NCBI GenBank assembly: GCA_963785725.1
Contig: CAWAWS010000003.1
Coordinates: forward strand, 499,449-563,448
DNA from: an uncultured delta proteobacterium
GTDB taxonomy: Bacteria > Myxococcota_A > Polyangia > Palsa-1104
Direction of reading: 5' to 3'
DNA: 64,000 nt
Below, in pieces: positions 1-9,565 of this stretch. Under the pieces are notes generated by a model, which was given only the letters and a program-made list of their open reading frames with translations, was not told where the DNA came from and ran no database searches. Position numbers and translations under genes: made by a program. Every line of letters starts with the position of its first letter. Position 1 is the first letter of the stretch.

Positions 1-986
1 CCAGCACGCTGACGCGCAAGTGGACCTTGCACCGCGAGCTGCAGCAGCGAATGGAATATCTCGAGGCGACGGTGCAGGGCCGCACGGCCGAGCTCGAGCG
101 GTCCAATCGGGCGCTGCTTCAGACGATCTACGAACGGCAGCGCATCGAGGGCGAGCTGCGCCTGGCGCAAAAGCTGGAAGCGGTCGGCCGCCTCGCCTCG
201 GGCATCGCTCACGAGATCAACTCGCCGGTGCAGTTCGCCAGCGACAGCATCGCCTTCGTCCGCGACGTCCTCGGCAACCTCTGGGGCCTGCACGATCGCT
301 ACCGCAAGCTGGTCCCCTTCTTGGCGACGCACACCGAGCTGCAGCCGCTGCTGGCGGAGCTGCTCGAAGCCGAGGAGCGCGCCGACGTCGACTACGCGAG
401 TGAACAGGTGCCCAAGGCGATCGACCGCGCGCTGCTCGGCCTCGATCGTATCGCCACGCTGGTGCGGTCGCTCAAGCGCTTTGCCGAGCCCGACACGGGC
501 GCGAAGGCGCCGGCCGATCTGAACGAGGCGATCGCCAGCACGCTGATCATCGCCCACAACGAATACAAATATGTCGCCGACCTCGACACCGACTACGGAG
601 TGCTGCCGCCGGTCTCGTGCCACATTGGCGAGATCAATCAGGTGGTGTTGAGCGTCCTCATCAATGCCGCCCACGCGGTCGCCGACGTCGTCGACGGCAG
701 CGACAGTCGCGGCCGCATCTCGTTGTCGACGCGCGCCGGCGCCGAGGACGTCGTCATCGCCGTCTCCGACACGGGCGCCGGTATCGCTCCTGCCATTCGC
801 GACAAGATCTTCGATCCCTTCTTCAGCACCAAAGACGTGGGCCGGGGCAGCGGGCAGAGCCTGGCCATGGCGCGCGCGGTGGTCGTCGAGAAGCACGGCG
901 GCAGCATCAGCTTCGAGACCGCGGAAGGGCGAGGCACCACGTTCTTCATCCGCCTGCCCATCCGTACCGCCACAGGCTCGGAATGA
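1..986 (+). CDS. Sensor histidine kinase (NtrB-like HisKA + HATPase), 5'-truncated by the window edge
   Basis: Frame open from the window start; H-box GIAHEINSP, N-box INAAHA, G1 DTGAGI, F-box FDPFFSTK. Confidence 0.9.
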   Translation, partial: STLTRKWTLHRELQQRMEYLEATVQGRTAELERSNRALLQTIYERQRIEGELRLAQKLEAVGRLASGIAHEINSPVQFASDSIAFVRDVLGNLWGLHDRYRKLVPFLATHTELQPLLAELLEAEERADVDYASEQVPKAIDRALLGLDRIATLVRSLKRFAEPDTGAKAPADLNEAIASTLIIAHNEYKYVADLDTDYGVLPPVSCHIGEINQVVLSVLINAAHAVADVVDGSDSRGRISLSTRAGAEDVVIAVSDTGAGIAPAIRDKIFDPFFSTKDVGRGSGQSLAMARAVVVEKHGGSISFETAEGRGTTFFIRLPIRTATGSE

Positions 987-2107
987 AGCACATCCTCTTC
1001 GTCGACGACGATGAAAACGTGTTGGCCGGCCTGCGCAATCGGCTGCGTCCACAGCGGGCGCGTTGGGAGCTGAAGTTCGTGCAGAGCGGCTACGAAGCGC
1101 TGGAGGAGCTCGAGCTGACGCCCTTCGACGTCGTCATCTCCGACATGCGCATGCCGGGCATGGGCGGCCCCGAGCTACTGGCGCGGGTCAAGGAGCGCTA
1201 TCCGGACGTCGCCCGCATCGTCTTGTCCGGCGAGGCCGATCGCGAGGCGGTCCTGCGCGCGCGGCCCATTGCACATCAGTTCCTGACCAAGCCTTGCGAC
1301 GGCAACGTGCTGCGCTTGGTCATCGAGCGCGCGTGCGCGCTGCGCGCGATCCTGTGTGACGATGGGCTGCGTGGCCTCATCGGCCGGCTCGATCCGCTGC
1401 CGTCACCGCCGCCGCTGTATCGGGAGCTGGCGCAAGCGGCGCGGGCAGCGCACGCCGACGGCGCCGAGCTGTGGCGCATGCTCGAGGCCGATGCCGGCCT
1501 GAGCGCGGCGGTGACCCGGCTGGCGAGCGATGCCGGGTTGGACAGCCCGCCGGCGCTCACGCCCGAGCTCCTGCAGTGCTTGACGCTGGCGGCGGCGCTG
1601 TTCGCGCTCACCGCAGGCAATCCGTCGCTGGTCGAGCTGCCCGCGCGTGCCGTTCGGGCGGCGCGGATCGCCCGCCGCCTGGTCGCCGATCGGCGCCAGG
1701 CCGACGGCGCCTTTGCGGCGGCGCTGTTGCGCGAGCTCGGCCAGATCATCCTGAGCCAGGCGCTGCCCGAGCGCGCCCGCCTGGTCGACCCGTTGTCCGT
1801 CGCGAGCGACGACGGCTCGCAGCAGCGCCAGCGCACGCAGTTGGACACGACCGTGACCGATCTGAGCGCGTACTGCGCGAGCCAGTGGAGCATCTCGCCG
1901 GCGGTGGTCGAGGCCGTGGCCTTCCTTCATCGTGCGGACCTGAGCGCGATCGCGGGCTCGGAGCTGCTGACCGCGGTGCAGGTGGCCGACGCGCTGGTGG
2001 CGACCTCCGATCCGGCGGCGCGCGACGCCATCCTGAGCGCACGTGCGGGAGACGCCCTGTCACGCTGGAGCGAGATCGTGGCCGAGGAGCTGGGAACCAA
2101 GTCGTGA
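983..2107 (+). CDS. Response regulator, REC + HDOD-like domain
   Basis: ATGA overlap with the kinase stop; ILFVDDD...SDMRMP...FLTKP receiver, then LPSPP-led helical HDOD-like region. Confidence 0.85.
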   Translation: MKHILFVDDDENVLAGLRNRLRPQRARWELKFVQSGYEALEELELTPFDVVISDMRMPGMGGPELLARVKERYPDVARIVLSGEADREAVLRARPIAHQFLTKPCDGNVLRLVIERACALRAILCDDGLRGLIGRLDPLPSPPPLYRELAQAARAAHADGAELWRMLEADAGLSAAVTRLASDAGLDSPPALTPELLQCLTLAAALFALTAGNPSLVELPARAVRAARIARRLVADRRQADGAFAAALLRELGQIILSQALPERARLVDPLSVASDDGSQQRQRTQLDTTVTDLSAYCASQWSISPAVVEAVAFLHRADLSAIAGSELLTAVQVADALVATSDPAARDAILSARAGDALSRWSEIVAEELGTKS

Positions 2108-3261
2108 GCCCGTCAGCGAGCCACAAACCGGCGCAGATCCTCTGCGTCGACGACGATCGCAACGTCCTCGAAGGGCTGGCGCTGCACTTGCGCCGCCACT
2201 ACGACCTCTTGACGGCGGAGAGCGGCGCCGCGGGTCTCGAGCTGTTGCGCACGAACCCGTCGTGCGCCGTCGTCATTTCCGACATGCGCATGCCCAAGAT
2301 GGACGGCGCCGCGTTCTTGGCGCGCGCCCACACCGTCGCGCCGGACGCGGTGCGCATGCTCTTGACCGGCCAGGCGGACCTCAATGCCGCCATCTCCGCC
2401 ATCAACGAGGGGCGCATCTTCCGCCTGCTCACCAAGCCCAGCCCGCCGGAGCTCGTCCGCTCGGCCATCGAGGCGGCGATCGAGCAGCACCGGCTCATCA
2501 CCGATCAAAAGGTGCTGCTGCAGCGCACGCTGCACGGCAGCATCGAGGCGCTGGCCAACGTCCTCGCCCTGACGAATCCGGTCTCATTCGGCCGCGCGAC
2601 GCGGATCCGCCGGCTCGTGAGCGCGCTCGCCGAGAAAGTCGGGCTGGCGGAGCGCTGGGCGGTCGAGGTCGCCGCCACGCTGTCGCAGCTCGGCTATCTC
2701 ACGCTGCCGATCGAGACCGCCGAGAACGTGCAGCGCGGGCGGGCGCTGTCGGAGCGCGAGCGCGCGATGGTCGAGGGTGTTCCCGACGTCACCGAGCAGC
2801 TGCTGGCGCATATCCCGCGACTGGAGATCGTGCGCAGCATCCTGGCGCTGGCCGGCAAGCCGCAGCGCTGGGGCCAAGCCGGCGACAGCAGCGAGCGCCA
2901 GATGATCGAGCGCAGCGCCCAGCTCTTGCGCATCGCCATCGAGTTCGACGTGCTCGAGACCAGCGGCGAGCCGCCGGCGACGGCGCTGGACGTGCTGCGT
3001 GGCCGCGGCACCCCCTACGATCCGGCGACGATCGCCGCGCTGGTGGCGCTGCACGGCGCCGACGCGCCGCCGCACGAGCTGCGCGAGCTGCAAGTGGCGT
3101 CGCTGCGCATCGGCATGGTGCTGGCGGCCGACCTCTACTTCACCAACGGGCTGTTGCTGGTGGCGCGCGGCTACGAGGTCACGGCCGGCTTTCTCGCGCG
3201 CGTGGGCAACTATCCGTCCAAGACGGTCCGCGAGCCGGTACGCGTCGTCGTCTCGCGGTAG
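2104..3261 (+). CDS. Response regulator with a degenerate HD-GYP-like domain
   Basis: GTGA overlap; ILCVDDD/SDMRMP receiver; RpfG-like layout with LSQLG where LHDIG is expected; C-terminal LRIGMVLAADL tail. Confidence 0.8.
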   Translation: MSPSASHKPAQILCVDDDRNVLEGLALHLRRHYDLLTAESGAAGLELLRTNPSCAVVISDMRMPKMDGAAFLARAHTVAPDAVRMLLTGQADLNAAISAINEGRIFRLLTKPSPPELVRSAIEAAIEQHRLITDQKVLLQRTLHGSIEALANVLALTNPVSFGRATRIRRLVSALAEKVGLAERWAVEVAATLSQLGYLTLPIETAENVQRGRALSERERAMVEGVPDVTEQLLAHIPRLEIVRSILALAGKPQRWGQAGDSSERQMIERSAQLLRIAIEFDVLETSGEPPATALDVLRGRGTPYDPATIAALVALHGADAPPHELRELQVASLRIGMVLAADLYFTNGLLLVARGYEVTAGFLARVGNYPSKTVREPVRVVVSR

Positions 3262-3341
3262 CCGCGCGACGAGCTGGAATCGATGTTGCCGTCGACACGA
3301 TTGTCCCTCACGCCGGCGGCTCCGACGTCGATGGTACTAGC

Positions 3342-3758
3342 ATGAGAAGAGCCCGAGTCTTGATCGTCGACGACGAGCCGGTCGTATGCAACGGCATCGC
3401 GCGGCTGCTGCGCAGCCAGTTCGAGGTGGTCGTGGCCAACAGCGGCGAAGAGGCGCTCTTGCTCATCGAGGAAAAAGAGAGCTTCCACGTCATCATCTGC
3501 GACGTTCAGATGGCGCGCATCGACGGGCCGAGCTTTCGCGACTCGGTACGGCGCGTGGCGCCGCATCTGGCGGACCGCATCATCTTCTTGACCGGCTGCG
3601 AAGACGCGAAGCTGCGCGGGCGGATCGAGGATCACTTGGTGCTGTCGAAGCCCTTCGATTCGGGCGATCTCAAAGAGCTGGTCAATCGTGTGGCCACGGC
3701 GGCGAAAAAGGGCTATTTCCCACGTCGAAGCCGCACGCCGCCAACGAGCGTGCGGTAG
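3342..3758 (+). CDS. Single-domain response regulator
   Basis: VLIVDDEP...CDVQM...FLTG...LSKPF. Confidence 0.85.
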   Translation: MRRARVLIVDDEPVVCNGIARLLRSQFEVVVANSGEEALLLIEEKESFHVIICDVQMARIDGPSFRDSVRRVAPHLADRIIFLTGCEDAKLRGRIEDHLVLSKPFDSGDLKELVNRVATAAKKGYFPRRSRTPPTSVR

Positions 3759-3853
3759 CGCGGCTCGCGCCGGCAATCCTCAGGCTCGACGCCTGCCCGC
3801 CGCTCGACGGAGGCACGCGAAGCCACCCCGAGGCACGACCCCGAGCGCGGCCA

Positions 3854-5893
3854 TCATAGATAACGCTGTACGATGGCGCGCAGGTTGACCGAGTCGAACG
3901 GCTTCTCGATGTGCTCGAGCGCCGTCTGCGACAGGAACGCGCGCGCCGCCGCCGTGAAGGCGCCTCCGGTCAAGAAGATGGTCCGCGTCGCCTGCTCTGG
4001 AGCCACGCGCACGAGCTCGCGGTGAAAGTCCATCCCCGTCATCTCCGGCATCATCAGGTCGCACAGAATGAGATCGAATCGCTCGCCGCCGGCGCAGCGC
4101 GCCAACGCCTCGCTCGCGACGACGGTCGCCACGACCTCGTGATCGCGGGCCAGGATGCGCGTCACACTGCGCAGCACCACCTCTTCATCGTCGACGATCA
4201 GAATACGCCCGCGACGGCCGGCGATCTCGGTCGGCTTGACCGGCGCCGCGTCGCTGTGGCACGTGCCCGCCACCGCGAGTGAAACCAAGAATGACGTGCC
4301 CTTGCCCTGCTCGCTCTGGACCGTCAGCTCGCCGCCGAGGTCGGTCACGATTCTCTGGCAAATGGCGAGGCCGAGCCCGGTGCCTTGCCCCACCGCCTTG
4401 GTGGTGAAGAACGGATCGAAGATCCGGCCGATGATCGCCGGTGAAATCCCCGGGCCGTTGTCGTTCACCTCGATGACGACGCGCTCGCCCTCGAGCCTGG
4501 TGATCACACGAATCTCGTTGTGCTCGGCCCGCCCCTCTTGCATCGCCTGGGCGGCGTTGACGACCAGGTTGAGGAACACCTGCCCCAGTCGGGCCTCGTT
4601 GGCAGCGACTGCGGGCACGCGGCCGTAGAGCTTGACCAGCCGCGCGCGATGACGAATCTCATTCCAGGCCATGCGCAGCGACGACTCCATGATCGCCTGC
4701 ACGTCGACCGGAGCCTTGATCTCTTCGGCTTCCGAGCGCGAAAAGATCTTCAAATCGCGGACGATGAAGCGCACTCGCGTGGCCGCCTCGCGGGCGTCAT
4801 CGAGCGGCCCCTTGACCTCTTCGGCGAGCCAGGCCTCGTTGCGCCCCCGTCCACTCCACGCCCCGTCGCCGCTGATCACGCGTGCCAGGCTCTCGGCGAT
4901 GTAGTCGAGGTTGGCGATCACCGCGGCCAACGGATTGTTGATCTCGTGCGCGACACCCGCGGCCAGCGTCCCAACCGAGGCCATGCGATCGCTGACCATC
5001 AGCTGCGCGTGCAGCTTCTTGCGCTCGGTGACGTCGCGGACCACACCGAGATGCCCCGGCGGCCCACCGGCGCCGTCGAGCAGCTCGGTGCCGGCAATAT
5101 TGACCGAGATCTCGGTCCCATTCTTGTGACGCAGCGACGCATCGATGGTGGCGAACGACGACTTGAGCTGTTGCTTCGCGTTGCCAATCGTCTCCGGGCT
5201 CATGAATCCAATGAGCCCCTGCGCAATCAGCTCCTCGGACGTATAACCCAGCATCTCGCTCAGGCGCCGGTTGACGAAGACGATGTGGCCGGCGTCGTCG
5301 AGCTTGAAGATGCCGTCGCTGGTGGCCTCGACGATCTGCCGATACTGATCCTCGCTCTTGCGCAGCGCAACCTCGGCATCACGGGTGCCGCTCTTGTCGG
5401 TCAGCATGCCGAGCACGCCGGTGACCTTCCCATCGCCGTCGAGGATGGGGGTGGTCCTCACCAAGCCCCACAATATGGAGCCGTCGCCGCGCCGGATCTC
5501 GACCTCGCTCTCGTCCGAAAGTCCCTGACGCGCGCGCTCGATTCGCAGCTCCGATTTCGGCCTCGCCGATTCGGGCAGGAACTCGAACAGCCTGCGGCCG
5601 AGCATCTGCTGTCCCGAATAGCCCAACATCTCGGTCAGCCGGCGATTGACGAAGGTGAGCCGAGCATCGATATCGACGGTCCAGATTCCTTCGTTCGAGG
5701 TCTCGACGATGCCGCGATAGCGCGCCTCGCTCGCGCGCAGCGCGTCTTGGGCCTTGGCGACGAGGAGCGGCGTCTGGCTCTTGACGTCGAACACGGCGTC
5801 GACCTGTCCCGCCAGCAGCGCCTCGATGATGGCTTTGGCATCGGCGAGCTGCTGCTCCAAGTCGCGCTCGGCGGCGGGGATGGTCGCGCTCAC
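3854..5893 (-). CDS. Hybrid PAS-PAS histidine kinase with C-terminal receiver
   Basis: Two PAS repeats (YRxIVE...FVNRRL), GVAHEINNP, GTGLGL, ILIVDDE...CDLMMP; overlaps the kaiB stop. Confidence 0.93.
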   Translation of the reverse strand: MSATIPAAERDLEQQLADAKAIIEALLAGQVDAVFDVKSQTPLLVAKAQDALRASEARYRGIVETSNEGIWTVDIDARLTFVNRRLTEMLGYSGQQMLGRRLFEFLPESARPKSELRIERARQGLSDESEVEIRRGDGSILWGLVRTTPILDGDGKVTGVLGMLTDKSGTRDAEVALRKSEDQYRQIVEATSDGIFKLDDAGHIVFVNRRLSEMLGYTSEELIAQGLIGFMSPETIGNAKQQLKSSFATIDASLRHKNGTEISVNIAGTELLDGAGGPPGHLGVVRDVTERKKLHAQLMVSDRMASVGTLAAGVAHEINNPLAAVIANLDYIAESLARVISGDGAWSGRGRNEAWLAEEVKGPLDDAREAATRVRFIVRDLKIFSRSEAEEIKAPVDVQAIMESSLRMAWNEIRHRARLVKLYGRVPAVAANEARLGQVFLNLVVNAAQAMQEGRAEHNEIRVITRLEGERVVIEVNDNGPGISPAIIGRIFDPFFTTKAVGQGTGLGLAICQRIVTDLGGELTVQSEQGKGTSFLVSLAVAGTCHSDAAPVKPTEIAGRRGRILIVDDEEVVLRSVTRILARDHEVVATVVASEALARCAGGERFDLILCDLMMPEMTGMDFHRELVRVAPEQATRTIFLTGGAFTAAARAFLSQTALEHIEKPFDSVNLRAIVQRYL

Positions 5894-6180
5894 TGAGCGA
5901 CCAGCGTCATGAGCACCTGCTTGGCGTCGCTCAGGTTGCCGATGATCCGCTGCACCGGCAACGGGTTCAGTCTGATCAGCGTGGGAGTCACGACGATTCC
6001 GTCAGAGAGCGCACGGAGCGGCTGGTCCAGCAGATCGACCAGCTCGAGATCGTAGGCGGAGGCGAAGTGCTGCTCGCAGATCGCCCTCGCGTTCGCGACC
6101 GCGTGCAAGGAGTTCGGCGCATTGCCGGCGATGTAAAGGCGCAACGCCAGCCGCGCGCTCGGCGTGCTCACCGCTGCCAT
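5890..6180 (-). CDS. kaiB: KaiB family protein
   Basis: LRLYIAGNAPNS...A.AN...C...Y.LE.VD...P...TPTLI...P.P..RIIGNLS; start set at ATG 6180, just after the kaiC stop. Confidence 0.92.
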   Translation of the reverse strand: MAAVSTPSARLALRLYIAGNAPNSLHAVANARAICEQHFASAYDLELVDLLDQPLRALSDGIVVTPTLIRLNPLPVQRIIGNLSDAKQVLMTLVAQ

Positions 6181-6181
6181 C

Positions 6182-7936
6182 TCAGAGGCCCCCGCGACGA
6201 CCGTTGTCGACGGCGGCTCCGGTGCGCGTGCCCTTGTCCAGGTCATCCTCGTCGTCGGCGCGGCGCATCTGGCGCAGCACGGCGCGGTCGTTGCTGAGCA
6301 GCGTCGACGCCGAGCCGGTGGCGTCGGCCAAGAGCGCGATCTCGGCGCTGCGCGCCTCCATCTCCGTCTTTACGACCTGCAGGCGCGCCGCCGCTTCGGC
6401 CTGCGCCAACTCCAGCTGCAGCCGCTTGAGCTCGTTGGCCACCTCGATCTGCTTCTTCGAGGCCAGCTCGTCCTGTTCCCACTCCCAGCGCGCCACGCCC
6501 ATGAGCACCTTGCCCTGCGCCACGAAGACGTCGGTGAGGTTGACGCCGTCATCGGTGAGCTTGAGCTCGCGGACCTGGTTCGAGTGTCCCGTGCCGCGTG
6601 ATTTGACGATCGTCAGGGCACGGTTGCGCTCGCCGTCCTGGACCAAGTAGGAGAGATGAATCCAGGTATCGGCAATGGTCGAGATGCCCGTCGCCGTCGC
6701 CTCGTCGGTGCGGAGCCCGTCCATCAAGGACGTGTTGACCACCGTGATTCCTTCACTCTTGAGATGGTCCAGAAACTGTTGCGCGGCATCGGCCGAGGCC
6801 AGGTGGCCCTTCTTCGTCGAGAGCGCCGAGAGCGGGTCGATCACCAGGCAGCGCGGGCTGAACTGCCGCACCTTCGTGCGCAGATCGCCGAACTGGTCCT
6901 CGATGTTGGGTCCGCGCGTGCGTGTCGAGAACATCTTGAGCATGCCGGACTTCAAATGCGGAGCGAGAAAGACGCCGACCGACTGAAGGTTTCGCACGAT
7001 CTGATCGGCGCCCTCGTCGAAGCTGACGTACAGCGTGCGCTCGCCCCGAGCGCAGGCGGCGGCGGCAAAGAGGCCGGACAGCGTCGACTTGGCGGTGCCG
7101 GGCGCGCCCGAGATGAGGACGTTGCTGCCGCGGTGGAAGCCGCCGCAGAGCATGTTGTCCAGCCGCGGGACGCCCGACGAAATCCGCTCGTCGGTGACGT
7201 TGTACTTGAGCTCGCTCGGGCCGCGATTGTTGAGCTGCAGCCCCGCGTTGGTGAGCGCGATCGGGAACTCGTCGCCGGCAAAGCCCGAGCCGCGATATTT
7301 CATCACGCGCAGATTCCGGAAGCTGGACCCGTCGATGACCTCGTGGTGCAGCACCACGACGCAGTCGACCATGAATTGCAAGAAGCTGTAGCGTTGGTCC
7401 GCTTCGACGCGGCCGACCTTCTGCGTGATGATTCCCGTCAGCCCAGTTTCCGCCAGCCAGTCGCGGATGCGATAGACCTCACGCCGCTCGGCGACGGGAT
7501 CGTCGAGTAGGCCGAGCAGGACGTCGAGTCCGTCGAAGACGATCCGCGTGGCCTTCATCTCGTCCGCCTTGGCCCGCAGCATCCCCAGCATTCCAATCAG
7601 GTCGAACTCTCCAGCCTTCACCACTTCGGGCGAGAGGCGTGCGTCCAAGAAGAAGAGCTTCCTGTCGGTGAGCGCCGGCAGATCCCAACCGAACGTGGCT
7701 GCGTTGGCGGCGATCTGCGCCGTGCTCTCCTCGAATGCGACGAAGAGGCTGGCGTCGTTCCCCAAATGCGCCCCATTGACGAGCGACTGCAGCGCAAACA
7801 CCGTCTTGCCGCAGCCCGGTCCGCCCATGATGAGCGTCGTTCGCCTGCGGGGCAGCCCACCATCGGTGATTTCATCGAATCCGGTGATGCCGGTGAGCAT
7901 CTTGGTGATGGCTGCATGAGCGGGCTGGCTGTCCAT
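6182..7936 (-). CDS. kaiC: KaiC family double-domain ATPase/kinase
   Basis: CI Walker A GGPGCGKT and FEE; CII GAPGTAKS and FDE; ISTIADT phosphosite motif; KYRG/KSRG fingers; AAGGA RBS before ATG 7936. Confidence 0.95.
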   Translation of the reverse strand: MDSQPAHAAITKMLTGITGFDEITDGGLPRRRTTLIMGGPGCGKTVFALQSLVNGAHLGNDASLFVAFEESTAQIAANAATFGWDLPALTDRKLFFLDARLSPEVVKAGEFDLIGMLGMLRAKADEMKATRIVFDGLDVLLGLLDDPVAERREVYRIRDWLAETGLTGIITQKVGRVEADQRYSFLQFMVDCVVVLHHEVIDGSSFRNLRVMKYRGSGFAGDEFPIALTNAGLQLNNRGPSELKYNVTDERISSGVPRLDNMLCGGFHRGSNVLISGAPGTAKSTLSGLFAAAACARGERTLYVSFDEGADQIVRNLQSVGVFLAPHLKSGMLKMFSTRTRGPNIEDQFGDLRTKVRQFSPRCLVIDPLSALSTKKGHLASADAAQQFLDHLKSEGITVVNTSLMDGLRTDEATATGISTIADTWIHLSYLVQDGERNRALTIVKSRGTGHSNQVRELKLTDDGVNLTDVFVAQGKVLMGVARWEWEQDELASKKQIEVANELKRLQLELAQAEAAARLQVVKTEMEARSAEIALLADATGSASTLLSNDRAVLRQMRRADDEDDLDKGTRTGAAVDNGRRGGL

Positions 7937-7974
7937 GAGGTCCTTTGGAATAGAGAGCGCGCGGCGAGCCCGCT

Positions 7975-7990
7975 CGCACGGAGCGCGCCA
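7975..7990 (-). promoter_or_regulatory. Putative sigma54 promoter of kaiC-kaiB-kinase
   Basis: Minus strand TGGCGC-GCTCC-GTGCG (GG-N10-GC) about 40 nt before the ATG. Confidence 0.5.
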
Positions 7991-8187
7991 TACTAACTGT
8001 TGGTAAACGATCGATGCAGAAGCGGGCGAAGATGGATTGCCGCGAGAGGGCACGCTCGCGCGAGCGCGCCCATTCATGAGTGTGCCCGGAATGGCATCTT
8101 TGTCCATTCTTATCCGGTGCGACATACGCGCGAGCGCAGGCTACGTTGGGTTCGCGCCTGCTTGCAGCCACTTCTACGATCTTTGAA

Positions 8188-8208
8188 GGTGCGACAAAAT
8201 GCCGCACC
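8188..8208. promoter_or_regulatory. Palindromic candidate enhancer-binding-protein site
   Basis: GGTGCGACAAAATGCCGCACC, about 200 bp upstream of the kaiC sigma54 box; resembles boxes at 11164, 13793 and 16868. Confidence 0.4.
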
Positions 8209-8410
8209 TACTCGTGTAGACAGGTCTGCACGATCATGTCTGAAGCGGACGATCGTCACGATTGGGCGCTCGCGAGAAAGAAAGAGGCAGGCGGCGCCGC
8301 GGTCCAATAGTCGTAGCCCGTCTCCGCTCGACCAGGCTTATCGCTGCGTACTCCGAGAATCTGACAGGTCGGACGCTCGCGTGACCAATCACGTTCAAGG
8401 CCGTTCCAAC

Positions 8411-9565
8411 TCAGGGCAGGTTGATGGTGTCCGACTTCAACGTGATCTGTCCGGTCGTGCACAGCAGTCGGCCGTTGACCGTCGTGCCCAGCTCGACCGA
8501 GTTCGAGGACTGAGCCAGGACGGTGCCGTTGAAGCTCACGTTGGCGCTCATGCTCGACGCCGAGCCGACGGCCCAAAAAACGTTGGCCGCCTGCGCCTGG
8601 TTGACGAGGACGACGCTGGCGCCGGTGTTGACCGTCAAGGTCGAGCCGATCTGAAAGATCCAGACCGCGTTGGGATCGCCTTGGCCGTCGAGCGTGAGCG
8701 TGCCACCGACGGCGATGTCCATCGACGAGGCCGGCTGCGACGTGTAGACGCCGGGCGCGAGGTGCTGGCCGGCCAAGTTCGCGGTGACGATGATGCCGGG
8801 CGGACGCCCAGTCGCGTCGGCGTACGCCGAGACGAGGTCGGCCTTGGCGGCGGCGGCCTTGCCCGCCGGATCGTCGGCGTACAGCGTTCCGTTGATCGTC
8901 GGATCGATGGCCGAGCAAGGCATTCCGTCCCCGAGGCAGGTGGCGGTCGGGCTGAGCCCCACGTCGCCGTTGAGCACCGTGATGCCGCCCGAATTGGTGT
9001 TGGTGAGCCCGGCGCCGGACACGGCCACGAAGGTGGCGAGCGAGCGCAGGTTCACCGGCTGCATGCAAGGGATCGCGCTCGTCGTGAAGCTCCAGACTTT
9101 GTCGGCGGCCAGCGCCACGCCGGCGAGGTCCTGGACGCCGGTCGTGAGGGTGGCGGTGTAGGTCTTGCCGCCCAGCAGGCTGCTCGACGGCAAGAAGGAC
9201 GCTCGCTTGGTCGCGGCGTCATAGTCGACCGCGCCTGTGACCGGCGTCGGGCCCGGCGCCGCCAGCAAGAAGGTGCCGGTATCGATGGTCAGCGCGGCCA
9301 TCGCCCGGTCGAACGTCGCGTCGATCGCGAACGGGACGCAGATGCTGGTCGCGTCACCGGCCGGATTGGTCGCCACCACCTGCGGCGCCGTCGGCTGACC
9401 GCCGTCATCGCCGCCGCTCATCGCCAGATCGCCCGCGGCCAGATCTTCCGTTGGCGCCGCCAAATCGTTGGTCGCGGAGAGATCGAGGAACTGGACCAGC
9501 GGCTGTCCGCAGCCGGCCACTGTCGAGATCAACAGCAGCGCAATGCCACTCTTCGAGATGTTCAA
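8411..9565 (-). CDS. Lipoprotein with Ig-like (Big_5-type) and ice-binding (DUF3494-like) domains
   Basis: Lipobox VAGC; P.V..TNP...I.ATFD...YTATLTT...W.FTT Ig domain; LAPGVYT, TLTLDGQGDPNAVWIFQI, NVFWAVGSA, GRLL motifs. Confidence 0.9.
   Translation of the reverse strand: MNISKSGIALLLISTVAGCGQPLVQFLDLSATNDLAAPTEDLAAGDLAMSGGDDGGQPTAPQVVATNPAGDATSICVPFAIDATFDRAMAALTIDTGTFLLAAPGPTPVTGAVDYDAATKRASFLPSSSLLGGKTYTATLTTGVQDLAGVALAADKVWSFTTSAIPCMQPVNLRSLATFVAVSGAGLTNTNSGGITVLNGDVGLSPTATCLGDGMPCSAIDPTINGTLYADDPAGKAAAAKADLVSAYADATGRPPGIIVTANLAGQHLAPGVYTSQPASSMDIAVGGTLTLDGQGDPNAVWIFQIGSTLTVNTGASVVLVNQAQAANVFWAVGSASSMSANVSFNGTVLAQSSNSVELGTTVNGRLLCTTGQITLKSDTINLP

Noticed and set aside
5890..8400. Complete KaiABC circadian clock
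   Set aside because: No kaiA-like ORF in the window; a self-sustained oscillator cannot be claimed
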